This document shows, in pieces, positions 23,320 to 35,560 of a stretch of DNA of 64,000 bases. This stretch comes from Phoronis australis (Eukaryota; Animalia; Phoronida). Positions within the stretch are counted from its first letter, which is position 1; each line of letters starts with the position of its first letter. The translations under genes and the position numbers were made by a program. The notes beneath the pieces were generated by a model that had not been told where the DNA came from, did no database searches, and saw nothing but the letters and a program-made list of their open reading frames with translations. Location: contig NMRA01000149.1 in the NCBI GenBank assembly GCA_002633005.1, forward strand, positions 440,192 to 504,191, given 5' to 3'.

Positions 23320-23690
23320 CTGTAACCAAAAATGGCATGTTGACGTCATAAACAGGAAATAAGACCAGTTTTGCAATACCTAACTCTTTTTCATGGATTG
23401 CAAACAAGGTTTGATCTTTGAAAACGAATCAAATTTTGCGCCCATGAGATTTACCGGAAGTTGAGAACAAAAGCTGTCTTACGTTTAAGTGTTCAGTTAC
23501 GTATAATATTGTTGTCACTTTTCTTAATCAGAAAGATGATTTCTGATAAAAAAATATTCGAAGTAAAAACTAGATACGAAGAAACATTGAATTAATCTTA
23601 AGAAAGAAGGCTCGACGGCTGATAAACAAAGCACGCTCACTGTACGCGTGCGACATCTATTGTCAAATAATTTTTTCCCGCTGTGACCAT
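23320..23690 (-). promoter_or_regulatory. Candidate RMI1 promoter region
   Basis: Cluster about 2 kb upstream of the ATG: CRE TGACGTCA 23341-23348, TTTGAA (CHR-like) 23417-23422, ETS CCGGAAGT 23454-23461, E2F TTTCCCGC 23674-23681. TSS not determined. Confidence 0.4.
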
Positions 23691-23864
23691 AAAGCGATCG
23701 TAAAAATAATCAGGGACCGAAGCATTTCCGTTACAAATCACAAGGTGTTCTCATCAAGAGCATTCTTTTCACAGCTCTTTACACACAATTTGTATTTCAT
23801 TTTACGCACAACCCATTTTTCTTCACATACCACATTTATTCCCTCACTGGCGAACAACGTGCTG

Positions 23865-24013
23865 GGCTGGGTTGCACAAAACTTCAAAAGTATCAGCTGA
23901 ACAAGTTTGATTGTTGCATGACGTCAGGTGCATTGTTCAAAAATAACAACGTGGCGCGTAATAACATGACGTCATTGTTGCTATACGGCGTATAACTTTT
24001 ATGCAACTGGGCC
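23865..24013 (+). mobile_element. 149-bp PIF/Harbinger-type MITE, copy 1
   Basis: Imperfect TIR GGCTGGGTTGCA / TGCAACTGGGCC, CWG flanks; inverted homologue at 34527-34675. Confidence 0.75.
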
Positions 24014-27000
24014 CAGATGGAAGAAGCCTGGGGATCACTCATATTGACAAGGTGCCCCCAGGCGAGCCATAAATTAAGGGTAGGCGGTACTTTTTCAGCA
24101 AGTTTTGCGGGATCTGCGCGGGGTACAATTGGCCCCTAGATTTCCACTTTGTGGGATGATGCGAAAAATCTACCCCGCAAAAAGGGCTGGGAATTAGCCT
24201 ACCTGGCACCCGCAATAGGAGGTCTCTCGGCAATTTTTGAGGGCACCTTGTAAATATCCGTGACCCCTTCCGGGGGATGAAGGCCAGATTCCGGCATTCT
24301 ACCACAGAACCTATCCCTAAATCAAATGAATGTCGTAGACACGTCATATGTTTCGTGAAACGTATTCAAATTTGACTTTCTTATGAAAATGAAGACTTGT
24401 TGGAACAATATAGGATTCGCGGCACTATTTCACTCGCGCTCAGTGTAACCGTTCGTCTGCATATACTGTACTGTACTGGTCTTTGCAGAACGATTGCAGT
24501 TATAAGACGTCCCTGAGGTCTGCAACCAAAACAATAAAATATAAGAAATGACATTAACTTTATATTGAGAATTTCTTCAAATTTTTAATATTATTTACAA
24601 AAAGAGATTGTTTTCGTGGGAGTGACATGGCAGATAATTTGATACTTCCGCCCGAATCAAATGGCTTTTTTCATGTACATATCCGTGTAAAGTTGCAGAC
24701 AATCTCAGTATGACTGATTGTTGCGGTGTCAGTAGAGTTCTTTGTAAACGCCAGCTGATGAACGACCTTTTGAACAAATCATTAAGTGAGAAAATATTAC
24801 TTCTCTAAGTCGTTGAGCGAAAGAAAAATGGACAAAGCTATAAATACACAATTTATTACAATACTCAGTTTTGAGTGAAGATGACAGTGACTGACATAAA
24901 ACTGAGATTAACCTTGACACGTTGGCTTTCGAGATACAGACACTTTGTTGAGACAATTTAATCGGAATGGATTCTGATAACAGCTCAAACTTTTATCATT
25001 CAAAGTGTTATCCTGGCATTTTCTTTAGCCAACATCATATTAGCTGAAAGGGATTAGTTCTAAGGTAGTACTGTCAATGTAAAAGATGTCTCGCCACGCT
25101 TTAAGTCAGCACAATGAAAGGATAACAATGTTATTTTGTTATTAATGTGTGTTTCGTGAACAAGTTCTAAGAGAGGGTATTCGCACAAAACTTAGGAATC
25201 TTTCCTTTCCATTTGGTTAGAAATTCATGAAACGAATTTTTACGAAATCCAAACCATTAAAACCTTATTCAGTATGGCACCATTTGTTTTCAAAATGGCT
25301 GCTATATCGTAATGTAGAATTTTTTTAGTATAATTCTTGACTTTCGGGTAGTACACCAGCGAAATGGACGCTTCACTTGGATGATATTGATCTTAAAGCG
25401 TTAGCAAAGTACCTAAATACATGCAGAATTGTTATTTATAAAGTGTTGATGTTTTAATGACTATTAAGACACGTCGAATGTTCTAAACCCATCAAGGCAA
25501 AGGAAAGAATATCTTAGACAACAGTTTTAAAGCACTTCAGGTTTTGTGGCCGGGATTCTATTTCTGTTTTCAGCGATCTTGATTGGAGACTCGTTTCTTC
25601 ATTTTCAAACATTGCAGCTTAACCTAACAAGTCATTCAGTCGGATGGCGAGACGACAGGAATTTCCAGACCAGTGGCGATCTACGGCCCTTTTCACATCC
25701 ATGATCGCAATCATGGAGATGTAAAAATATAGATGTCCTGACCTTCGCAAGGTCTTAGATTATCTGATATGGATTACTTTCCTGACAAACTGTACAAACC
25801 ATTACAAATTTCAATGTCCAAAAAATCCGGATAAGGCAAAGCCTTGTGAGCTTGTGCCACGACAGAATGATTTTGAAAACAGAGGAAAGGAATTCATACA
25901 TTTAAAGCAGGCTGTTTATAGAGGCATGAAACCTTGCTCTCTGTTAAGAAAACGAGTTTTAGTTTATGCCATTTACAGTTATGAAATATTGGCCTCAAAC
26001 TGTTCCTTAGTCAACAAAGTGTAATCTCTGACAGAAAGCTCGTGAAAATTCAGATCTGATGAAATAACGAACTGTCGATAGGTCACTTATAAACTGAGCA
26101 AGAAACAAGACAAGGCTAATTTTATAACGGTAAGGCGCCTAAATCGAAAGTTGTCATGGTGTTTGACAGAAAGCAAGGGGCTTTATTGTCCATTTAAAAG
26201 GACATGTCTAAAGGATATTTGCTGTTAGAGTACGCAAAAATAAAAGTTTCAGTACACCTAGCATTTTATCGGGATGAAGTGTAGTAACTATTCAGACGAT
26301 CACGGTAGCTAAGCTTGTTCGTTACATGGTGATAAAAGCGAAGGAAACGTCTGAAAGTTGAACGAACAGCCTAAATGTAATTACGGAAGAAAATGACCTC
26401 AAGAAACGAGAGTGGTTAATATAAAAGTATCAAAATAATACAATTAAATGTATATTAAACTAGAAACCAATGCAATTAGACAGTAATTATGACTCTATAT
26501 ATTACAATATACGGCCGAGTGGTTACTGTTTGTTGCTGCGTCTAGTTATACGGAGAAGCGTGTGATGGAAATTGACAAGATAGCGTGGATTGACATCCTA
26601 AGTGGTCTTGTAATCTAATTCAGACCACGTGATGTGTCACAAAACGTTAAGGACTTACTGAGATTTCAGTTGTTCCTGCGTTTTCCTGTCAGTTTTGTTA
26701 CTGGAATTATAATTCTTAGTATTGTTTGCAAAGTCTTTTTCCTTGTAATTTTCACTAAACATTTATGACTTATTAAGAAATGCATGAGAACCAATTTGAG
26801 AAAAATACATATTTCATCGTTGCTTATGTTTTGAATCAGTTCAACTGCAATATCAAGGGGTTCTTCGTTTCATCGTTTCCTCTTTACTTTCATGCAACAA
26901 GACTAAGCCATTCGAATAATTGTTTCCTCACGTATGCAAATTTGATGACTTTGTGACCTACACTCACAGAAATAGTTATCAGCATTTAAAACATTTGCTT

Positions 27001-29051
27001 TTCTTTTAATGAATTGCAAGGAATGCAGTTTTTTAATGGCTTCAATTCAGTCCATTCATTTTGTGACGCTTCTAAGTACACCTTAAATGATTATTACCGA
27101 TAGAGATACTGAATAAAAGGACAATCATTATGTAAAATATAGGTAACCACTTTAATCACTAACATAAGCATTTTTATATATTGCGTTTTTTTTCAAGCAA
27201 ATTTATAAAAAACAGATAACATATATGATACAGACAACAAGCGCAACATGCGTTTGCAGCCATTTAATGCTGGTTTGTCATAAAAGTTAATGTCGCAGTT
27301 CCAATTCGAAACTAGTATAGAATATACGGTCTTTCAAACGAGTAACTAAATAACCAATGAATAATGCATAGTTTGCATTAACAGTTCCCACTATTTGCAA
27401 GAACTGATCAACACTCGGTAAATATTTCCTCAGATATTTGACTAAATACCAACACACATCAAGAAATGCCGGCAATGCATAAACGTCCATGGCTTAATCG
27501 ATTTCACCAAAAGAAATTCTCGCGACTCTCACCGTTCCTCGTTATCGCCCGAGGACACGAACTGTGTAATGTATTTGCGACTGCGTTCACGGTTGCATTT
27601 TTCTTTCAAGATATATGTCGACAGCTCAACTCTATGTATGAATATAACGACAGCTATAGCACGTGGTGGAAGAGTTTCGATACCAGCATATTTACGTTAA
27701 TTAACCACGTTGCATATCCTCAATCATAATCAAGTGAAAGATAAACCTGGCATTTCAATTTTAGTTTGATGATAGATGACAAAATATTTCACATTTCTGT
27801 TACTGTAAAGGCGTTGTCCAAACCGTTTTTCACAATCCCCAATCCAACAGCTACCAACCTCACGAGCACAAATAAGAAATTCTTATGTATCCAACGCGTT
27901 TATTCCATCATCCAAAGTCGCAAAACGCACTTATTTTTCGACTCAGCGTAAACTAAGACCATTACCATGCGTGTCTTGCCTGTCTGCGAGCTGGAGTAAT
28001 ACTGGATTTAGAGTAAAATTTGTGATCCTATAAGTATGTACATTGTCAAATTTGAATGTATAATTGGAAGAATAATTTTACATTAGTATTATGTAGGAGC
28101 CATGCTAATCTCTACAGAAGATTGCTTAAATTTGCAATTCACGACACTCAGTTTTCCGATTACCCATTCAGAAGTCTTCAGTTAAGCGCAATTGTATAGT
28201 CTGGTATAGTCTTGATCTCATTCATTAGGTTGCATCTCGCACTCGGCCCATGAATTTATGCAACAGATATTGAAACGCTGGGGAATCGATGTCTCTAACT
28301 ACTGATCTCTTCTAGAATTTTATTAGATTCTTGATGCGAAATGCCACGTGTTACCCTCAACACCCAATAGTTGAATTCTGTGCTGCGTACTGTGCAGTTC
28401 ACGTCTGGGATGTTTTTTTTTTTGCTGTTTTGTTTTGTTTTGTGGTTACGGCCAGAACAGAATTCACGTTTTCCGTTTATGATAAGCTTATTACTCAGTT
28501 TTGAGGCAAACACGACAAATTAAACCTTCCTAAAGCGATAAAAAACCACATGACTCAATAGGATCTGCTGTACCTAATTCTATTAACAGTTTCCGTTGAA
28601 AACAAAATAAAACTGCAATTATTTTTATACAACTGTTAGTAATAAAAGCTGCATTGTCTAAACTGTTTTTTTTTTACCAACAGATTGTTTTACTTCAAAG
28701 GTTAAAATAACACGCGTAAGTTGATATCAAGGCAATGTTTGTTCCATTTTTCTCAAGTTATTTCTTATTGATTTTTGAAAGTTATCTTCCTGATATGATT
28801 TAAGGTTTTGTATTTGTTGAACAAAACAGTAGTATATTGATTAACAACTATATTTTTACACTGCCAAACTTTCGCTTATCTTTCTAGAGAAGTAATTATT
28901 GAAGTCCATTCGCCGTTTGATGGGTTTATCAAGTATAATTAGGGACATCAATTTGCCGTCGTATTTTTACAACCCCAACAAAGAAATTCACCCCAAAACA
29001 TGAAACAACGGGTTTTCACTAGCTCGCGTTGCGTGGGACTTTAAAACAAGT

Positions 29052-29151
29052 TAGTCATGGGAACACTGACATCTCTTATCAAATTAGTCAGATGAGAATA
29101 CTAACATCTCTTAACAATTTAGTCAGATGGAAACACTACATCTCTTAACAA
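29052..29151. repeat. About 34-bp degenerate tandem repeat, 3 copies
   Basis: tagtca(ga)tg..aa.act.acatctctta.caa repeated. Confidence 0.75.
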
Positions 29152-29465
29152 TGTTCTTGCAGTTGCAAACAGGTGCGCATAACAAACAATAGGCCTACTA
29201 TTGTCCTGGTCACAATCTCGTCACTCAATACACGTTCTCTGTCTTCTTTCAGTAGTTCCCCGTAGTCTTTTTGTTCAACTGCTGTTGATCAATGGATACG
29301 TGGCTGTGTACGTGGTTCTCTTTTGCCAAGATACAGTTGTAATTTCCGATCAAACGATTTTCTCAAGGCATTCCAACTGAGTTACTGCAATGAACTGTTT
29401 AATCCTCAGGTTATTAGGTGAACAGAAGTCAACTGAAAAAGGATTAACTGTAAATTTATGAATTG

Positions 29466-29698
29466 AAACCGTCTTGTCGCCCACAACAAACCGTCTTGTC
29501 ACCCACAACAAATCGTCTTGTAACCGTCGTGTAGCCAACAAAAGCCGTCTTACAAAAGTCTTGTCGCCGCCAACAACAAACGTTCTTGTCGCCCACAACA
29601 AACCGTCTTGTTGCCCATAACAAACCGTCCCGTCGACCACAACAAACCCAAAACAAACCGTCTTGTCGCCCACAACTAACCGTCTTGTCGCCCACAAC
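29466..29698. repeat. About 22-bp minisatellite, about 10 degenerate copies
   Basis: Unit aaaccgtcttgtcgcccacaac. Confidence 0.9.
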
Positions 29699-32471
29699 TG
29701 ATAAAAAATTGATGCATTTTGAAAATGCCAACGGATGGGTATTTTTTGCAAGTTTGTTTTTTCAACTTGAGTCTTGGCAAAAGATTAATAACGAAAATGC
29801 CAATATATGTGTATTCTTAAATGATTGGTTAATGATCAGTTCAAAGATGTTTGATTATTATAACTTTCTCAGACATCGAATATATAAATTCACTTGCCCA
29901 TGCAGTTCAAGACACAAAGAAAAATAAATCTGTATCTCATTCACGGGAAGAGCGCTTATTAGACTGTCAGTTCGTTTGACCTTATCCTAAACACGGATTG
30001 TTTTATTAGATCCTAATGCGGGATTATTCAAGTCCAAACTGGCAAGAACAAGTTATTTTCTTTTTTTATAACTTTCTGGTAGCTGGTACATGCGGGTGTA
30101 GTAACAAATAAAACATTTTGACAAACAAAAGAATTGGAAAGTAGAAGACTGAAAAGTAAATAATGTCTTCGTAGTATTCTTAGTTAAGGAGCACTCAGAA
30201 GAAACGACACGACAAGACGGTTTGGTTCAGGTGAAAATAAAATTACCATGGAAATCTACAATAGCATTATAAAATCAGTCCAGCCACGCCTTAATTATAA
30301 AATGTTCAAAGCAGCAACCATAATAGAAACCAGTATTTAGACTGTACATTTCGTTTATATTGCAAATTACTATTAATCACCTATTGGTGAAATTTCTCTT
30401 AACGAAAATTCATCAGTGAAAACGCGAGGTATTAAATGTTTTGCTTCATTTTTGTTCAAAGTAAAAACCAACATGGTTGCTGGTTCTTAGATTAAAAGAA
30501 AATTTAGAAAAAAGTAATCTAGCAGTTAATGGAAAGATGTTAAGGTTCTGAGAGACTCAACGAAACATTCATTGGACGCTAGTAGATCAGACAACTTATT
30601 GACTGGTAAAACCCCATTGTCATTGTCAAGGTTGCCTTCACCACATGGAATGTTGGAATATCCTACTGCTATCTGAACCTTCCGAGGAATTTAGTCTATC
30701 TGACAACAGCTTAACGCGCTTAATTAATATCTTGTTTCACCTTCACTCCTAGATGTTTTGGTTTGGATGGGATTCTCAAAAGAATTGAATTTACTCCGCC
30801 AGTGTCGGAACCACAAATTAAATATCGCTTGCTGATGCAAAGATATACCAAACGTGGCTGGCGTACATAACGACTCCGCGTATGACGTGTTTAATTGCCA
30901 TTGGCTAATCTCCTGGGTATGAGTAGAAGTAATAATTGTCTTGTGAAATGTGCGCCGATGTTCTGTGGTCTCGCGATCTGGCTATTGGCGAGTATTAAGG
31001 CTAGAAATAATGTTTTTGGGTGATATTATTTAAACTTGATAATACCTCGCCTAATTAGAACTGAGTTGTAATATTGATCTTAGGAATAACCGGGACACCG
31101 TCACAAATCCATTTGCGGCCAAACTTCAAATCGTAAAAACAAAAAACAACACGAGTGTAGTTTGGATGCTGTTTTTCTAACTGGTGTAAATCTAAAATTA
31201 GCTGACGTGCTGAGTCCAGTATCAACCTATTCAAACTATGTTTGTAATGTTTTTACCCGGTTTACGAATATTTAGCGTGGTGCTGCACTGTGACTTCACT
31301 AGCTACCAATCTTATATTAAGATTCCAATCGATTTCGCAGGCTTGATAATATGTGTTGGAATACGATTACACAATTCTTAATTACATGTATTAGACAAAT
31401 CATAGGATGACTAATAGTACCACAGCCGCAATTAAACATTGATGTTTCCAAATAATGGCTTTAGCCCAAAGCAACTATCACAGTTGCCTGGAATTTTTCA
31501 CAAATCAAAAAGCATCGAACACTAATTTTCAAAAGAGTCAATTTTCAAGATAATTTAATTTATACCAATTAAAATTGAGTATGGTAATAACACATTAGGA
31601 GACGCCTCAGGCTGTTTATCCTTAGATAGACTTTCACTTGTTGAAACCAAAAACAAATGACGGAGCACTTGACTTTTTAATTGCCGTTGTTGTGTGAAAT
31701 TTACGTACATTCGTAATGTCGGCCACGGAAATGAACAGAAATAGGAAACTCAAACGGATACCTTGGCTCTGAAAGTCAACTTGTTTCTTTTTATTCTCAG
31801 GTACTTATAACGCAGCGGATGAGTACTGCGTAGACATTAGTGCACCGCATTGAATAGATTAGATCAACTATGGCGCTGCCATTATTGTTATTTTTATATC
31901 TGCATTTTTGTTTCACTTTACCAGAAACTTAGAGACAGAATTGTGATGCATGATTACAACCAAGTTAGTTATCTCAAACGGAAACTAATTTTATCAGAAA
32001 AACTTTTATTTTCGCCTATTTCTCAGACGAGAAAATGAGTTTTCGAGTAATTGCGTTAAGACTTAGATCAAAGAAAAAACAAACAAGACTTTAATGAGAG
32101 CTAGTCTTTAAGGACGGGCGAATGCTATTTAATTGATTGGAAAGACGGGATGGAATTCATTAATCTTAGGCGATTAGTGACCTGGTGACAGTCTCCTTGG
32201 CCGAGCCAAGTAGGTTTGCGTCGAGTTTTACTTTGGGCGTGCTTACTGGGTTCACGTCGCGGTATATTTGTGTCGTCAGTCCGTTTCTTTTGTGAAATCC
32301 GATTGGACGTTTCTCAAAATGGAATGTGAAACCAATACAAGTGGGTTCTGGACTCTAGCCATACTTGACGTAACCACAAAACCGATTTCCTAAGGTACAG
32401 AGGTTGTCATGCCATGATTTCATTGAATTGCGGCTGAAGAATATCACGAACAGAGTGAAACATATTTAACA

Positions 32472-32676
32472 CACGGGTGAGAAACAACATGACCGCCGGT
32501 CCTCTTAAATCGGACCGCCTCACCCAAAACAGAACTTTCGGGGATCAAATGGGACCGTCGCAGCAGAAAATGGGACTGACGCACCTAAAAACATGACCGC
32601 CCCACCAGAAAACAGGACCGCCGGGGTGAGTCAGTCCGATTTAGAGGACCGGCGGTCATGTTGTTTCTCACCCATG
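32472..32676. mobile_element. 205-bp MITE with CAC/CAT-starting TIRs of about 54 bp and 5-bp TSD TAACA
   Basis: taaca|cacgggtgagaaacaacatgaccgccggtcctct ... agaggaccggcggtcatgttgtttctcacccatg|taaca. Confidence 0.88.
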
Positions 32677-33238
32677 TAACATCCACTTTTGCTTTTACAA
32701 ATTTCACGCACACCCGAGAAAACCGAGAACCTTCACAGCGTTGCAGTGCGCGTTGGGAATTCATTTTTATTGTTTTCATTAGAATATGAATAGTTTCAAA
32801 ATGAAAATTTTCTTAACTTTCTAGTTTTAGCTATAAACATGACGAGAATTGACAAAAATATAGTTGTGTGATTTTCTATCTCGTAAAACTACTCACTTCT
32901 CATGAACTAAAAATAAGAAATTTTTGAAAATCATTTTGTGCATTCCTTGGAAAAATGTAATCCTGTAGCGACTGCGCAAACCATTCGTGCTTCGAATAAA
33001 AAATATAGTTATTCATGAGATCACCAAAGCCTTGTCAAGACAAAGCGCGCACGTTGGACTTGTAAAACTTGCACAAAAGATTTCGACTGAGTTCGTGTGT
33101 GTACATAATATGCCGTCAGGTCACGTTTTTTCCTTTTCGATGACACAAGACTTGGCTAACAATTAACAAGCTTTATGTGAGACTTGAGCTGCCAAATGCG
33201 AAGGATAGACCTTCTAACGAGAAGAACGGGCATATAGG

Positions 33239-33839
33239 TGGCAAGGACGGGGTTGTGAAAGTAGCGCTATTGGTTGGATTATCTGTACGCCTTTAAAACT
33301 TCAACTGAATATCAGCTGAAATTAAGAATAATAATTCGCTAGTTTTTCTTGCGGGAGTAAATCTTCGGGCGTTTTTTGTGATTTTGTCAAGGGTGTAACA
33401 AAAAATAAAACATGATTAAAACACTCAACGCCCGCACGTCCAGCCCTTCGTGCCTCTTGCGTCACCATATGAAAACAGCAAAGAAAGAAAGACCGATATT
33501 GATAGTCTTGAACATTCGATGTACCCGTGGAATCTGCCGCAGGTATCATAGTATACATGGTGTACGGATGTTGTGTTCGTAGCTGTTTGAATCAAATAAA
33601 GATTCTCGCGGTGACGTTGACGAAAGTCGGGCAACACTAATATTTCATTACATGTGTCACTTTATGACTTCAGTGAGGTCAGAATCATGTCTTGCAGTTC
33701 AAGGTGCGAGTTAAGTTGCTTGCTGTGCAGTGACGGCAAAGTGAATAAAATGTTAGCATTTGACACGCTACAATGACAATTTAGCAACGTAATCTAAGAA
33801 AAAAAGTCTGGCCTTCCCACTACAACCCCGTCCTTGCCA
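33239..33839. mobile_element. About 600-bp segment bounded by a perfect 18-bp inverted repeat (probable non-autonomous DNA transposon)
   Basis: tggcaaggacggggttgt (33239-33256) and acaaccccgtccttgcca (33822-33839); no TSD resolved. Confidence 0.6.
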
Positions 33840-34526
33840 TTTCTCGAGAGTCCTTTCCATCTGAAGTTCTATATGAGAACACACTTTTTAGTCATCCTAT
33901 AGTTAACATTTAACACGCTTCCAAAAATGAAATTCAATCATGTCAATTTTCAATAAAAATAGAACAAGAAAGGTATGGACTAAGTTTAACCACGGTGTTT
34001 ACGTACGTCAAAAACATTCAAGAAGCACGTACTCGACGATGACAATTTTTTTGTCAAATATTAGTCGAACGGACTGGTTACTGCGACATCCGTCACTTAG
34101 AAAACAAAGGAAAATGTCAACAACACTTCACAATTAAAACAAACATTTGCTCGACTAATTAACTTATAGTCTTTCACTTCGCATTGATGGTTTGTCGATA
34201 AACGTGTCGCGACAGGATAGAGACACGGTACTGTTGTGCGCGCTCTTCGAGTGCTTCAGGACGTCATTATACGAGAGATTATGTAACATGAGTTTCAATG
34301 GTTTCAATTTTGTCATTGAAATTGTGTTACGCGCGAAATATTGAATGTGAAAATGTTTCATCCACCACACAAATTTGACACTTTAAATACAGAATAGGCA
34401 TTTTTCCTGAACAAGAATAACACTATCAAATAAAAGTACACGGTCGTTTTTACGGCCGACAAAAAATGCGGGGTCACGGTTAATTTCAGCTAAGATTAAC
34501 TTCTTGAAGTCATTAGCCTTGATCAG

Positions 34527-34675
34527 GGCCCAGTTGCATAAACGGTATAAGCTGCATAGCAACAGTGATGTCTCATTGTCAGGCGCCACCTTGTTATTGT
34601 TGAACGATGCACCTGACGTTACACAACAATCAAACTTATCCGTCGCATAATTTTGAAGTTTCATGCAACCCAGCC
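34527..34675 (-). mobile_element. 149-bp PIF/Harbinger-type MITE, copy 2
   Basis: Reverse complement aligns end to end with 23865-24013; CAG and CTG flanks. Confidence 0.75.
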
Positions 34676-35365
34676 CTGAGCTACAGTTAGAAAACGTATT
34701 GTGTGGCGGTTTTATAAACTTCGTCGATTCCTAACAAGTCTTCCAGTCAAACTTAGATGAAATGAACTTTTCTGACTATGTGACGTGAAAATGGCCGATG
34801 CGGGCAATGTGTTGTGCTGATCAAAGCCGTCGTGAAAAAGTCTCATGAGAGCATGTGAGATAAAGAAGTGAAGATTCTAAGCACATTGCAGGAGTAACCT
34901 TCCAGAACAAGCATTTGGGAAAGAATTCGAGACATGGACATCCTTGTTGAGCATTTCCAGAAATGCCGAGCTTATCCTTATTCAAACGGATGGATTTGCA
35001 TTCCTGTCCTTTCTTAAAGAAACGTCTTGACATTGTTCCTGGAAACCTTATAAATCTCAAAAATTTTTGAATGGTCATTCAGCATAATTATACAAAACTG
35101 GCTTTCGCCTAAAGAGCCAAATCCGCCGAGCAACGTGAGCTTGCGAGTAAGGCGGTACCTGAAGATGATTCAATAAGCCGGGAATACCAAGGGTTAGTGT
35201 TTTGCAGATTTTTGTGAATAGAAAAGTAAACTAAAAAGAAAATTGGAATATTTGTGATGAAAAAGCTGCAAGCAACTATTGACGTGTTGTCTGAGATGAA
35301 TTCTTAATTCTGATTAACTTTGAACATTTCATTCATGCTTCTTTGTCACTTTAGAGCGACATTGT

Positions 35366-35560
35366 GGGTTTTACGACCGAAAAATGCATTTTAGTTGTTA
35401 TTGTCAGATGGGATAGACTTCTGGAAGTTAAGTTTGGCTATGGTAGCTATAAAATAACAAAATCCGCTCTGTTTATGTGATTTCATTATAAATCGTCTAT
35501 TGACGTCGTTTATCCAGTCTGCCACACATTTACTGAAGCAAGGCGGGCGGGTCCCGAATA
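35366..35560 (+). repeat. Old dispersed repeat; related copies at about 40570-40760 (+) and about 56515-56610 (-)
   Basis: Shared gggttttacga...gatgggataga...ctat(a/g)aaa(t/c)aacaaaa.c...tgtgat pattern. Boundaries approximate. Confidence 0.6.
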
